The notes under the pieces were generated by a model. It worked only from the letters and a program-made list of their open reading frames with translations. It was not told where the DNA came from and searched no databases. A stretch of DNA of 64,000 nt from Eledone cirrhosa (Eukaryota), in NCBI GenBank assembly GCA_964016885.1, contig OZ024744.1:103850001-103914000 (forward strand), given 5' to 3'. Shown here piece by piece: positions 63,301 to 64,000 of the stretch. Position 1 is the first letter of the stretch, and every line of letters begins with the position of its first letter. The position numbers and the translations under genes are program-made.

Positions 63301-64000
63301 GACAACTATATAGACACTAGTATCTACCAAACCTAGCTACTAGTGACAACTATATAGACACTAGTATCTACCAAGCCTAGCTACTAGTGACAACTATATA
63401 GACACTAGTATCTACCATACCTAGCTACTAGTGACAACTATATAGACACTAGTATCTACCAAGCCTAGCTACTAGTGACAACTATATAGACACTAGTATC
63501 TACCAGACCTAGCTACTACAGACAACTATATAGATACTAGTATCTACCAGACCTAGCGACTAGTGACAACTATATAGACACTAGTATCTACCAGGCCTAG
63601 CTACTACAGACAACTATATAGACACTAGTATCTACCAGACCTAGCTACTAGTGACAACTTATAGACACTAGTATCTACCAGACCTAGCTACTACAGACAA
63701 CTATATAGACACTAGTATCTACCAGACCTAACTACTAGTGACAGTTATATAGACACTAGTATCTACCAGACCTAGCTACTAGTGACAACTATATAGACAC
63801 TAGTATCTACCAGACCTAGCTACTAGTGACACCTATATAGACACTAGTATCTACTAGGTCTAGCTACTAGTGACAACTATATAGACACTAGTATCTACCA
63901 GGTCTAGCTATTAGTGACAACTATATAGATAATAGTATATACCAGACCTAGCTACTACAGACAACTATATAGACACTAGTATCTACCAGACCTAGCTACT
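54323..64000 (+). repeat. Large 44-bp satellite array (~220 monomers, runs off the window)
   Basis: Continuous AGACACTAGTATCTACCAGACCTAGCTACTAGTGACAACTATAT monomers with recurring variant blocks. Confidence 0.98.

Noticed and set aside
36866-64000. 44-bp (and 36-bp) repeats as CRISPR arrays
   Set aside because: Head-to-tail monomers without unique spacers, no cas genes, eukaryotic context

Overview
Eukaryotic, repeat-saturated window with no host gene I can support. The SINE, RTE and microsatellite repertoire resembles an octopod cephalopod genome (inference from recognised repeat motifs, not a database result). Positions 1-34.5 kb are a nested pile of decayed transposons: two CRE-clade RLE retrotransposons, a 1.16-kb inverted duplication of a hAT 3' end, many RTE fragments, a Penelope-like element with a hammerhead ribozyme, non-autonomous Helitrons, L1/Tx1 pieces, a near full-length CR1 and SINEs. 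Positions 34.6-50.8 kb are a 5357-bp unit repeated three times (pogo MITE, truncated mariner, 44-bp satellite, 5' half of a Gypsy element). The third copy continues into a full LTR-to-LTR Gypsy element (48830-53032). An RTE fragment and about 9.7 kb of 44-bp satellite with kilobase-scale higher-order repeats fill the rest. I see no new protein-coding system. The best leads are structural: two hammerhead motifs, a palindromic double-CTAG Helitron junction, a Gypsy element without a canonical PBS, an ATTAT bias at SINE insertion sites, and the satellite's orientation switch and higher-order structure. All alignments and counts were done by eye.
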